From assembly GCF_009834535.1 (NCBI RefSeq), contig NC_045696.1, positions 21,268,001 through 21,332,000 on the forward strand: a DNA stretch of 64,000 bases, in the 5' to 3' direction. The notes beneath the pieces were generated by a model. It was not told where the DNA came from and ran no database searches. It saw nothing but the letters and a program-made list of their open reading frames with translations. This stretch comes from Camelus ferus. Taxonomy: Eukaryota. A program made the translations under genes and the position numbers. This document shows positions 1-11,399 of this stretch, one piece after another (position 1 is the stretch's first letter; each line of letters begins with the position of its first letter).

Positions 1-149
1 TTCACCTGCATAATAGGCAGGGTTAATACTTCAGCCACGCAAACACAGTAAGATGGCCCTCTACTTTTACAGATACACAAGTCAGATCCTAATTGCAATT
101 AATTAATCAGATGAGAAGGTGCAGTGCAAGCAAACTTGGTGCTGTGGAA

Positions 150-320
150 ATGTGATTTCCATCCCTAGCTTGGCCCTTAACATATAGCCACATTTCCTAA
201 ACTGACATGTAGTCTCCTCTCTAAAATGAAGAGTATACATTCCTACTTTGGCTATGTCCCAGTCATAAAACAGTAGAAAATAAATGTATATGTTTTAGAA
301 ATAGTCTAAAGACTTTACAA
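150..320 (+). mobile_element. MIR SINE fragment (highly diverged)
   Basis: Core-like 'tctcctctctaaaatgaagagtatacattcctac' resembles the MIR core (tttcctcatctgtaaaatggggataata). Confidence 0.35.
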
Positions 321-768
321 TAGCTTCATCAGTATAGATATTCATTCTATTGCTATGTCAAAATGTAGATATTTAGTCCAATATCAGTTCTTTTTGTTTC
401 CCCCTGACATTTTTTAGGATGCTTGGTGATCATCGTCCTCCTCTTTGCGGAATGTGCATCCTCCCTGCCCTTTCCCCTGTCATTCAATATATGAAGACCA
501 TTGGGGATGGAAAATGTAATGACTTTTTCTAAGCCATAAAATCAGTTAGTTGTTGAAGCTAAGCTAAAAACTGAAAAAAACAAGACACAACCCAGTCTTT
601 GTATCTGAAGTCTAGGACAAATTTTCTGCAAATTACAAGAATATCAGAAATTATATTTATACCACTTATTTTATATATATATAAACATAATATATATATA
701 AACTCAAGGTGTTTATAATATAAGTAGAAGACTGCATAATATGGAGACCCAGTATGATATAAATGGTT

Positions 769-901
769 ATGGTGAAAAAAATATGAAAAAGAATGTATGT
801 ATATTCATCTATGACTGAAGCATTGTGATATACACCAGAAATTGACACAACATTGTAAACTGACTATACTTCAATAAAAAAGTAAAAAAAAATAGAATAA
901 A
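769..901 (+). mobile_element. L1 3' UTR end, 5'-truncated (artiodactyl/camelid type)
   Basis: 'atgactgaagcattgtgatatacaccagaaattgacacaacattgtaaactgactatacttcaataaaaa' plus A-rich tail; near-identical to 21630-21700; probable TSD ataaatggtt (759-768) / ataaatgatt (902-911). Confidence 0.85.
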
Positions 902-2964
902 ATAAATGATTGACATTTATGGACAAATTAATACTGCAGCTTCTTTAGGTACATACCACAGAGGATAGAGTTATTTTACAGCTGGATAGGTCATGTGAGT
1001 GTTCTCAAATATCCAAGGCTATTCAAAGTAAAACTGAAAATAAATATTAAGCAGGATGACAACACCCGCACTAATTTAGATTTCTAAACATCAGAGAGAG
1101 AATAAAAGAAGAGCTTTGCAGTCTTGACGTGTTTAGTATTTTTGAAGCATATCAATTATTTTATTATCATTTAATATATTATACGGCAAAATCTACGTAT
1201 TCCCTCCTATCCCATTTAATGACTTCTTAGCTCCCAAGCAGAGATATACCTTCACAGTGTATTTGGTATTCATAGAAATCCATCATCTTTAACATTTTGA
1301 AAACTTTCTCAACTTTTTAAATGCATCTGTGCATTTAATTATTCATCTGTAAAAAGAATCATAACAGAGCAATAAACAATAATTATAAATTAATTCATTT
1401 AACATTGTAACTCAAAACTTAACTAAAAATTAACTGTCAGTATTTATTTTATTTGGCAGAACTGAATGCTCTATTACAGAGTGAGATCTGAAAATATTTC
1501 AAATGTAGTGTACAAGCAGGACCACATTCCGACGGCAGTTTCCATAACTGGAATATACATTACACTGGGGGTTATACCACCATTTGCTTTAATTTGATCA
1601 GTTTAATTAAATCAAATAGTGTTATAATCCTCAAGAGGGAAACTACTCTACTCAGGATAACTCCATTAAAGATACTTGAAATATGAGTAGGTTTATAGTG
1701 GACATTAAGAGCCTGGTTAAAAATGCAGTATAAAAAAAGAAGTGAACATCTAAGGGTCACTAGAAATGCTGTATTTTGTGCTTTGGTTAACCAGGAAAGT
1801 GACAAGAAAGTAAATCCAGTAAATAACCTTAAGAAAAGATAATAAACATTATATTCGAAAGCCACGTAATGTGTTGTAGAGTGGTTTTATGTAGATCAAA
1901 ATCAAAATGTGTCTACATGGAACACATTTGCTATTGAATGCTATTATATGTCTTGAAGCACACTGGCATCTCTACTATTTAGGCTAACACTTCTTCAATT
2001 TCCAGTTAGTGCTTCCAATTCAGCCTTTCCTTCATGCTATGCATTTACTGATCACCTGCTATGTGCACATCACTGTGTTACCATATACTGTTTCTTACCT
2101 GACATCTTTACTCATCTTCCCATGTCATGTGATGTTTAATATTCTTAAGTAGACTATTTCCCTAGTTTGGTGGTAGGCTCTGTGAGAGGGACTTGACGTG
2201 AAAATTGGGCTAAGTATGAAGGATGTGATGGAAGCTGTTTCTCAAGAGTAATTTAAGGGAGTGGTGTAGTCAGTCAGTCAGAGCTCACCTCTGTGGATGG
2301 CTGTTAAATTATTTTACTTGAAATGGCTGGAGTTAAGACTAGACAAATCACCAGGAAGGTCTAGGTTAAATGTTTAACTATTTGGATTTTAACCCACTGG
2401 GAGAAAGAGTTGAATACAAACAAGCTCCAAGCCTGATGATCGATACTAAAAAAGGAATGTAAGACATAATAAAACCAACATTCATAGCACCATTCTGCTA
2501 TTTAAAATGATTTATCTTATATCATCTCAATCGGGAGTGCCGCAATGAAAGATTTACTTTTGTATTTACTGTCAGTGTAATTATAAGAAAGGTGATTTCA
2601 TATGTTTATTAAAGGACACACGCACACATAATCTTTTAAACTTGTCAATTATGTTCTCTATTTTAATTGATAGAATATCACAGCTTCTTTGGATGCAAAG
2701 ATGAATTATGTGCATACCATACTAAATCCAAATTTATTTTGTCTTGGTTACATTGAGTTAATAAGTCTATACGTTCATAATTGTTAATCTCTACCCACGG
2801 GGTAAAGATTAGTTACAGAGTTCAGTGTATATACACAGTTCCTCCTGCCTTTAGTTTTACAGACTTCACTCCTTTCCAAAATTGCCTAAGCCAGTACCTT
2901 TCCTATCAGGTTTCCTCAATGATATTATTTCATATTTTTATAATATAGTAGACTCCTTTGTAAT

Positions 2965-3160
2965 AACGGTACACTTCGGAAGACAATCCGGCAGTTTGTA
3001 ACAAAGCTAAGCATAGTCTTAGCACACCATCCAGCAATCACGCTCTCAATTATTTGCTCAACTTATCTGAAGGCTGATACCCACACATACACAAAAGTCT
3101 GCACAGAAATATTTATAGCAGCCTTATTCAAAGCCACCACAAAACCAGAAGCAACCAGCT
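2965..3160 (+). mobile_element. Old L1 (L1M-type) ORF2 3' fragment
   Basis: 'ggcagtttgtaacaaagctaagcatagtcttagcacaccatccagcaatcacgctc...atttatagcagccttattca' matches the conserved L1 ORF2 C-terminal region. Confidence 0.7.
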
Positions 3161-4555
3161 TCTGTCCGGAATACCTTCACTTGACAGTGTGCACTTGAAA
3201 ATGTCAAACTCTGAAATGTTTACTTTCATTTCTGTAATTGAAATTTTCTTCTATATTTTGTCTATATGCTGATCTTATGTACTGAAAGTCAAGAGACAAT
3301 ACTTAATATAAAAAACTGCTACTGAACAGTGAAATATATTAAATATAAATTTATACCAAACAGTGACAATTCTACTGTAGCAAACACATTCAGACACTCT
3401 CACACTCTACAGCAGGTCTGCCCAGCCTCTGTTCTCTGGATGTCTTTTTAAAATACACCCCATCTATAATTTTCCACTGACCCACAGGCTGATGGCCTGA
3501 TGACTCTCTGCTTCTCTGTATTCTACTAGTCACAGCATGGACTGTGATACCATGGCTGGTACAGCACACGGCTGGCAGAGAGAGCAGCGCTGAATATTCT
3601 TCCTGTCATCACTGAAAACAGTCAATGGCTGGCAGTTGCTGACAGTTTCATTCTCAGTGCAATTCTTTCAATCTGGAGGCACCTGCATGCTCTCCTTGAA
3701 AAGGATGTCCAGTTACCTAGTCTATTGAAAGAGTTGTCAAAAGAGTGATTATCTCTGAGAAGCCCATTCACCTCACATGTGTCTCACACATGACTAGATG
3801 ATAATGAGGCAGAAGCTGCAAGTACTAAACAAAGTCCTACTAACCCAAACTAGCAGGTTTTAATACATTTATTAACAATAATTTGTTAGAAAATTTAAAA
3901 AAAACAGAAAACATCCACCTGGACAGAATGACTGCACAAATGTATATTGGAACTGTCCCATACAACTCTGTACATCTGGTCACCTTACATAAATACAGTG
4001 ACTTTTTAAGCAGTGTGCTTCAGGCTAGAGTGAAGTCACTTTTATGTTCTGACCACGTTGGTCAGTTTGGATACTCACTTTCTGGAAGAGGTTTTTTTAT
4101 GCTTAACACAAATATGCAGACAAAGTTAGATATCTTGAGACAGTCAGGGTAAAGAGAAGATAAAGGGGCAGAAAGACAGGAGAGGAACCAGCATGGTTAG
4201 GCTTCTGAAAAGAGGTGTGACCAGTCAAATTACAGTGTTATGGTGCCAGAAATCCATATTGCAAAACAAAGTTTCTCAAATGTCTTTCTAAGAGTTTTGT
4301 GTTGCCACATCATATACTTCCAGTGTTAGCTGCCCTTCTATACAAACAAAACTGGTCATTTTCCTATTTTCCAGAAAATTTTATGAGGCTATTTCCTCCC
4401 ATTTTAAGTATGTTTTTCTTTTTTGAAACTAAAATAAGCTTGACTTTGAATAATACACAGAGCAGTATCACCTGTGTTTTCACAGAGGACTTGGAGACAG
4501 AGGAGACCATGGAAAGTATGTTTTAAATAACTTAAGAGACAGCTCTTGATACTTA

Positions 4556-4745
4556 GTTTTTTTTAATTTATTATTCTTTTTTAACGTTTTTTATTGAGTT
4601 ATACAGTATTGTGTCAAATTCCAGTGTAGAGCACAATTTTTCAGTTATACATGAACATACGTATATTCATTGTCACATTTTTTTTTCACTGTGAGCTACC
4701 ACAAGATCTTGCATATATTTCCCTGTGCTACACAGTATAATCTTG
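4556..4745 (-). mobile_element. Young camelid-type L1 3' end
   Basis: T-rich tail followed by the reverse complement of the element at about 17420-17598; the ORFs 4670..4912(+) and 17274..17498(-) start with near-identical peptides for this reason. Confidence 0.9.
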
Positions 4746-5160
4746 GGACTTCAAAATTTGTAGATACTGACAAGCATATGCAGAATATAAGCAAGATATT
4801 TAGGTTTTGTAATGGTAAAAGTACACCAGTGCTAGCTGCGAGGCTGCAGAAAACCAAAGGGAGTCGGGGAGTTGGCGTGGGGGTGACTGAGAAGAATGGG
4901 CTTCATGTTTAAAAGGTTCTCTGAGCATCTTCTTGCGAAAGTTCCCCCTTCAGTCCTTCCAATACACTAGTGGGACTTAATTCCAAGAGACCCCTTTGCT
5001 TTAGCAAAAGAGTACAGCTAATTCTGATTCTTTACTGGGGACATTGTGAGTTACTCTGCTAACATAAGGTACGTCTGCTATGACCTCATTGTCCTGATCC
5101 TTAGATGAGTCCTATCTTTAGGCGGTATTTCCATCTTCACAGCTGATGGAGTTATGAATA

Positions 5161-5335
5161 TCAGTGATTCTCAATTTTGGCAGCAAATGGCTATCACTTT
5201 GAAAGGTTATGAAGCGTATTTACGACCAACACCTTCTCCATCCTCTTACCCACATTCTTATTTACTTGGTTTGAACACAAGACCTAGACAACAATATTAA
5301 AAAAAAAAATCCAGATGACTTGATGTAAACCAATT
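5161..5335. mobile_element. MER5-like hAT-Charlie MITE (degenerate)
   Basis: Starts 'cagtgattctcaattttggcagc', a MER5-type terminus; internal 'atccagatgacttgatg'. Confidence 0.5.
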
Positions 5336-5341
5336 ATTGAA

Positions 5342-5531
5342 CAGTAATTCTCAAACTTTAGTTTGCATCATTATTTTCTAGAAACACTTTTTAAATCACA
5401 GGGCACTAAGTTCACCTTGTCTAGCTCTGGACTCACTAGGTCTGGGCTAGGGCCTAAGAATCTGCATTTCTAATGAGTTTTCGGGTAATGTTGGTGCTAC
5501 TAGTCTAGGGGCCATACTTTGAGAACTACTG
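5342..5531. mobile_element. MER5A hAT-Charlie MITE, full length (190 bp)
   Basis: 14-bp TIRs cagtaattctcaaa / tttgagaactactg (1 mismatch); diagnostic core 'taggtctgggctagggcctaagaatctgcatttctaa'. Confidence 0.85.
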
Positions 5532-5539
5532 ATCTACCT

Positions 5540-5630
5540 TAGTGCTTCAAACTTTAATATGCTTTTGTATCACACAGAGGCTCTTGTTAACGTGCAAATT
5601 TTCAGTTACCAAGTCTGGGCTTACTGGGCT
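5540..5630. mobile_element. MER5-like fragment
   Basis: 'tagtgcttcaaactttaatatgc...atcacacagaggctcttgttaacgtgcaaatt' resembles the MER5 left arm. Confidence 0.45.
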
Positions 5631-6963
5631 GTTGCCTGATAAGTTGAATTTCAACGAGTGCAGTGGAATAATACAGTTTGTGTGGTAGATAAGCTGTATT
5701 ACTGAGGCTCTGAAGTGGTATCTCTGAAAGTCAATACTGAGAAGAGTTCCAGAAGCCATTTCCATTATGTCCAGCTCAAAGCTTCCATTATTCTATAGAA
5801 GAACAGTACCCACATTGTATTACTATCAGTTTCCATAAAGAAAATGATTTCATGTTTTAGAAAGTTTAGCAATAATGAAGTCAAATTATTTGTTGCAGTA
5901 TTTCTGAGAAGTTTAATGCTTATTGTGAAATTTTATAAGAAAATGTAACATAGAACATTTATAAAACTTTTTTCATCTAGGAAATATTTTGATCAAAACC
6001 TCTGCTAATATTGTACCAGACTAAATTATAAGGGACTGGATTTGAGAAATTCTACTTCAGTGTTTCACCTCCCCACAATCATCAGTTTGATTCCAGTAGA
6101 GCAGGTTTCTGAAATTTCTATTTCCTTTTCTCTACAATTAAAGGAGATTCATTTTTTATTCTTGATAGAATTAAGGAGATAAGAATAATAATATTACTTT
6201 CAAAAAGAAATAACTCTTGCTAATTTACTCATTAAGCACTGGGCTTTTTTGTCTTTATTGTCATATTCCCAGCACTTTTTACAATGCCTAAAGTAGCTAA
6301 AATAATGTGGACTGAATGATTTAATCACTGTATATTTGAATTACAGGGTTTGGAGGAAACTTAATGAGACAATTAGTGATAGTAATTTATAACCTCAAAA
6401 ATTCTAAAACATTAGTTGTGACACTAAACATTAGTGGCGTTACAATAATGTGAATGATCCCATCAGTACAAGGAAAGGAGTAAAGGGCAGGGGCAGATAG
6501 AATCATCCCATGTGTGTAGATTCACAGTTAGAGTTGTGAACTTAGAAACAAACAAGGTTCAACAACCAGCTTTTAAAAGAATGACTAGGAGTTGTTAAAC
6601 TTCCTTCATCATTAGAACTACCTCTTAATTAACATAAAATTAAAAAAAAAAACATTGCATAGAATGGAACCCCAATCCTATAAATTTTATCTGCTATAGC
6701 CAATTGTTTAGAAACCATACAGGATGTTAAATGTGATGTTAAAATATGAAATCATGAAATTCTGTAAAATTACTAGTGTTTCATCTTTTCCTCTGGTGGA
6801 TGAATTATATTGTATCATACTGAGCATAGAGCATGGAATTTTTGGTGTCACATATTATATATTCATGTCTTTGCTAATAAAAGTCAACTGTCCTTTTACT
6901 TACAATTTGCATTAACAGCTCATCAATATAAACGGAAATGATTTATGAAAATATTACTGAGTA

Positions 6964-7160
6964 GAGACTGAATGGCTCAGGGGACTGATTGGTAATGGGA
7001 TATGTAGTCTTTTATTTCTAGGTCACTGATTTGAATTACATTTTGGCAGAGAGTGGAGGCTATTGGATGACATATGGTGTGTGGAATAGGGTGGTGATGT
7101 CAGTCTTATTTTCAGTAAGTGCGGTCCATGTAGGTTTCAATATTTCAAGGAAACATCACT
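6964..7160 (+). mobile_element. LF-SINE (lobe-finned fish 'living fossil' SINE) 5' half
   Basis: 'ctgaatggctcagggg...attggtaatgggatatgtagtcttttatttctaggtcactgatttgaat' and 'ggctattggatgacatatg...tggaatagggtggtgatgtcagtc' align in order with the LF-SINE consensus as I recall it (CTGGATGGCTCAGTGGATTGGTAATGGGATACGGAGCCTTTCACCTCTAGGTCACTGGGTTCGAAT...GGCTGTTCGGTGGCCTATGTGAAATGAGTTGGTGGTCTCAGTC). Confidence 0.8.
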
Positions 7161-7195
7161 TGACTCTAAAGCCTACTCCGAGGATTCAAAATATT

Positions 7196-7203
<8 letters not shown>

Positions 7204-7227
<24 letters not shown>
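7204..7227. repeat. (TG)12 microsatellite
   Basis: Read directly. Confidence 0.97.
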
Positions 7228-7228
<1 letters not shown>

Positions 7229-7809
7229 ATAAAAAAAGTTCATAAGAGAGATTAATGTTATCAAAGATAGAAAAAAACATTATCCACTGAAATATTTTCA
7301 ATGTGAAAATATTTTTCATGACCTGTGTGGGAAGGTTTGACAAGCCCAAAAATAAATTTTTCAGGATAATTTAAGTTCACATGCTCTTTTTAGTTTGTTT
7401 TTTTTTTTTTTAATTCTTAATTACTTCAGGAAGTACAGCTCCTTCAAAGTTAGATTTAAAGTTTATTTTACTCTTAAGGTAACATTAACATATTTTATAG
7501 AAGTAAAATTTAAAATCTTATGAGAACAAGACATAGATCAAAATAATAGAATGTTCTAATTGAGAAATCTCTTTAACTAACATTATTTTATGGATGAAGA
7601 AAGTGAGAAGTAGAAGTTAAAATGACAGTATCACAAAGCTGGCCTGAGCTACAGCTGAGCTCTACATTTCAGTTCAAAGCTCTTCTCTTTGCTTGTGCCA
7701 GCCCTTGTTTAATATGGAGCCCTAATTCATAGGAGAAATACCATTTCTCACTCTTTTCAGGCCAAAATAAATTGAGAAAAAATTAGGTAAAAAGATTTTA
7801 AAAGAGTAT

Positions 7810-8250
7810 TTGAAAACCTAGCAATTATATATAAAGCAAATCTGTACCGTGCAGTCATACTGTCTGAATTAATCAGTGAATTTAGTCAGATTGTTCATTA
7901 CAACTTCAATCAACAAGAAACAATTTTATCTCTATATATTAGCAATGGAAATTTAGAAAATGCAACAGTTCAATAACAGCAGAAATACTTAGGAACGAGC
8001 CAACTAAAAAATATGTAAGAAGACACATTTTTTACACAGAAATGTATAAATCATTGTCAAACACCTAGAAAAATGGAAGCATGTGCCCTGTACTTGGACT
8101 GGAAGTCTAAACTTTGTACCATTGTCATTTCTCCTCAAATAAGTTTCTTGATTCAATGCAACATCCATTAAACTCCAGTGTATTTAGCAGGGGGAAGAAG
8201 GGCACAGACGATTGACAGATTTCTTCTAAGGTTTCCTGGAAATGCCATGA
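7810..8250 (+). mobile_element. Old L1 ORF2 fragment (post-RT region)
   Basis: 'aattaatcagtgaatttagt...aaatacttaggaa...aaatggaagcatgtgccctgtacttggactggaag...attcaatgcaacatccattaaactcca' follows L1 ORF2 (YLG, W..IPCSWIG, FNAIPIKIP motifs, decayed). Confidence 0.7.
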
Positions 8251-8299
8251 GTCAAGAACAGGGAACATGGAAAAGTGAACACTCTTTAAGACATGGTTT

Positions 8300-8615
8300 G
8301 GCAAGGACAAACAGCACTTGCTTTAAAGTGAGACCTGGCCGGGTAATTTGCTTTGGCCAAGAAATGTGAGCAAAATTGTATCTTTTGTTTGCCAAGGAGA
8401 GGCAAAGAGTAGTAATGCCTGCAGCAAACAATTCTAGGTTTTAGTTTGGATGCCTGGGAGAGGAGTGAAAGTGCATTCACATGACCATCCACAGATAGGT
8501 GGACATAGTAATATGGATTTTTTTCTATTTTCTTAGCAGAGCAAATATGTTGACCCTCATTGAGCTTAGAAGTTAGATAAAGACAAATTTCTCTGCCAAG
8601 TTAACATGGCTACAA
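8300..8615 (+). mobile_element. MaLR LTR fragment (MLT1J/K-like)
   Basis: 'tggccgggtaatttgctttggccaagaaatgtgagcaaaa' matches the MLT1 motif ggccatgtgacttgctttggccaatgaaatgtgagcagaa. Confidence 0.45.
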
Positions 8616-8743
8616 AATAACTTTTAGGAATGAAACATAAACATTTACGAAGAATGGCTTACATCCATGAATAAGACTATATTATTATTGTATTTCCCTG
8701 AGTCTGGTAATAATTTGATCATCATTTAAAATTCAGTTGCTTT

Positions 8744-8900
8744 GGGGGAGGGTATAGCTCCAGTGGTACAGCACATGCTTAGCATGCACAGGGTCCTGGG
8801 TTTAATTCCCAGTACCTCCTCTAAACATAAATAAATAAATAACCCCCCTCAAATAAACAAAAATAAATTTTAAAAAATTTAATAAAAAAATAAAATAAAA
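8744..8900 (+). mobile_element. tRNA-derived SINE, camelid Vic-1 type
   Basis: ggggagggtatagctccagtggt (A box) ... gcatgcacagggtcctgggtttaattccc (B box) agtacctcc, (TAAA)n, C-run, A-rich tail; TSD aaaattcagttgct / aaaatacagttgct. Confidence 0.92.
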
Positions 8901-8921
8901 ATACAGTTGCTATATTTTTCA

Positions 8922-9449
8922 TCTAGCCATGAAAAAGAATGAAATAATGCCATTTTCAGCAACATTGATGGAACTGGAAATTGTCATACTAAGTGTATAA
9001 GCCAGAAAGAGAAAGAAAAATACCATATGATATCACTTATATGTAGAATCTAAAAAAATGACACAAATAAACTTTTTAAAAAACAGGAACAGACTTACAG
9101 ACATAGAAAACAAACTAGGGGAAGGGGATGGGGAGGGATAAATTGGGAGTTCAGGATTTGCAGATGCTAACTACTTTATATAAAATAGATAAAAAACAAG
9201 ATCCTACTGTATAGCACAGGGAACTATATTCAGTACCGTGTAATAGCTTATAATGAAAAAGAATATGAAAAGGAATATATATATGTGTGTGTGTATGTGT
9301 ATGTGTGTATATATATATATGAATTATATATATAATTATATATATATAATTGAACCACTATGCTGTACACCAGAAACTAACACATTGAAAATCAACTATA
9401 CTTCAATAAAAAAGAACACATGAAATCAAATAAAAATAAATAAATAAAA
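8922..9449 (+). mobile_element. L1 3' end (ORF2 terminus + 3' UTR), artiodactyl type
   Basis: 'gccatgaaaaagaatgaaataatgccattttcagcaaca...ctgtatagcacagggaactatattcag...cttcaataaaaa'; internal TA/TG repeat; TSD cagttgctatat on both sides. Confidence 0.92.
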
Positions 9450-9909
9450 CTCAGTTGCTATATATTTTTTAAATGTAACAATTTCAAAACTGTACATTTT
9501 CTTTAATTTTAAATGCCGTTATTTCATTTCTTTTCAGAAAGTTACATTAAACTTAGTTTTCCATTAATATCTCTATGAGCAAGAAAAATCCTTATTATTA
9601 CAGTACCAAAATGCCTGATGAATACATCCTTCCATCTTTGTATTAATTACATGCTCTGTGTGTCCTTACAGTGTCCAATTTACAGAAAGCAATTTTCTCC
9701 TTTATTTAGGTTTCTGAATGGTGTACATATTAGTATAATGGACAACATACTGAGATGCTAATTGCCTGCATGCAGGGCTTTCCTTCTGCCCCCTTCATGG
9801 TTAAACTATGTTTTAGACATAATTTAAATTATTCCAGTTCTTTTAAAGCCATTTTTCCCTTTAAAGACAATATTCACACTGGGGGAAAAATCTTAAAATA
9901 TATTCTAAT

Positions 9910-10135
9910 TAAAAATTTAAAGACAGAAGAGAGATTAGTGATTGTCTAGGGTTGGCAATGGGGTATGGAGGTGACTGCTAAAAGACATGCGGTATCTTTG
10001 AGGATGATGAGAATATCCTAAAATTGATTGTGGTGGTTTCACAACACTGTAAACATACAAAAACAACTGAATTGCATACTTTAAATGGGTGAATTATGTG
10101 GTATGTCAATTACATCTTAATAAACTTGTTAGAAT
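9910..10135 (+). mobile_element. L1MB/L1ME-type 3' UTR end
   Basis: 'gagattagtgattgtctaggg...gatgagaatatcctaaaattgattgtgg...actttaaatgggtgaattatgtggtatgtcaattacatcttaataaa'. Confidence 0.85.
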
Positions 10136-11360
10136 ATATATGTTTAGATATATAACAAATTCAGATATATTTTACATATTTTGATGTATATATCTCTTCC
10201 TAGATTTTTCATTAGTTACCAATGGTAAGGACTTAGATAATATACCATTTTCCAAGGCCATAAGTTAGTCATTGATGGTATGAATTAATGCCAATTTACT
10301 TAAAATTGCATAGATATACTTTTGTTTATTTATTCATACATGAACCATAGTATGTCAGAGATATTTTATACAAAACAACAAAACCCATTTATTTTTAATT
10401 TTTAGTAAATTAAAAGGAGTCTAATGCTTCAGTTCTTAAATTTGAAAGAATAATTTATTTCATTCATTATTTCTGTTTCCCAATCTCTATGATTTTCTCA
10501 TAATTGTACTCAGTATATATACTAAGCTCCAAAATTTCATCTTTAGGAAACAAAAGTAAGATGGTTTCCATGAAGTCTCTGTTTCTATTCACTCTTCTTT
10601 TATACTTAATTAGTTTACCTTCAGATCAAATATAGCAGTACAAAGTGTATCTTTTGATTAGCCATTTTATAATTGAATGTAAATTTAGTTTACTTTTATT
10701 TTTGACATTAATAGTTTATGCACAACAAAAATCAAGTGTTATAGAATTAATCGATGGTAACAACAACAAATTCCTCAACCATACATGTGTAAACATGCAT
10801 TTATAAACACCCTGAGAGCAGGCCTTCATTGAAAAAATTCTGGAATCTTCTTTTGGATTTTAGAAATAACTATTTTGGTTCTTAGAGATTTGTGATTTTT
10901 AGAAAAATGTTTTATTCACACATCAATAATAAATCTTTTGTTAGAATTTGTTATTTAACTGATAAATTTTAGAAACATTTCTAAAGAGAGTAAAATTTTG
11001 ACAAAATATATTTATATCAATAGTTTTATATCATGTATGCCAACTTTTAGACACTCTTTAAAAGTTTAGAACAACAAATTTACTATTGGTGTGTGAGAAG
11101 TAATTAGAGGTGCCAAGAAGAGTAAGAACAGCATTTTAACATGTCTCTGTCTCAAAAAACATGCTACCTAAACACAGTTCTGGGCTCTTTCTCTGGCTCC
11201 TCCGAGGCAGGGAAGCTCATGAGGAGATTCTGGTGTTTTTTCCAAGATACACCATTAAGGGACATGGACTAAAGCTTAGTTTATGTTAACTGGATAAAGT
11301 TGGAGGAACAATTAAACTACCCAAGATTTCTACCTTCAAATGTCCATTAACATGCTTGTT

Positions 11361-11362
<2 letters not shown>

Positions 11363-11394
<32 letters not shown>
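11363..11394. repeat. (AC)16 microsatellite
   Basis: Read directly. Confidence 0.97.

Positions 11395-11399
<5 letters not shown>

Noticed and set aside
8744..8820. tRNA gene
   Set aside because: The tRNA-like head is followed by a SINE body, A-rich tail and TSD, and the B box is mutated; it is a SINE
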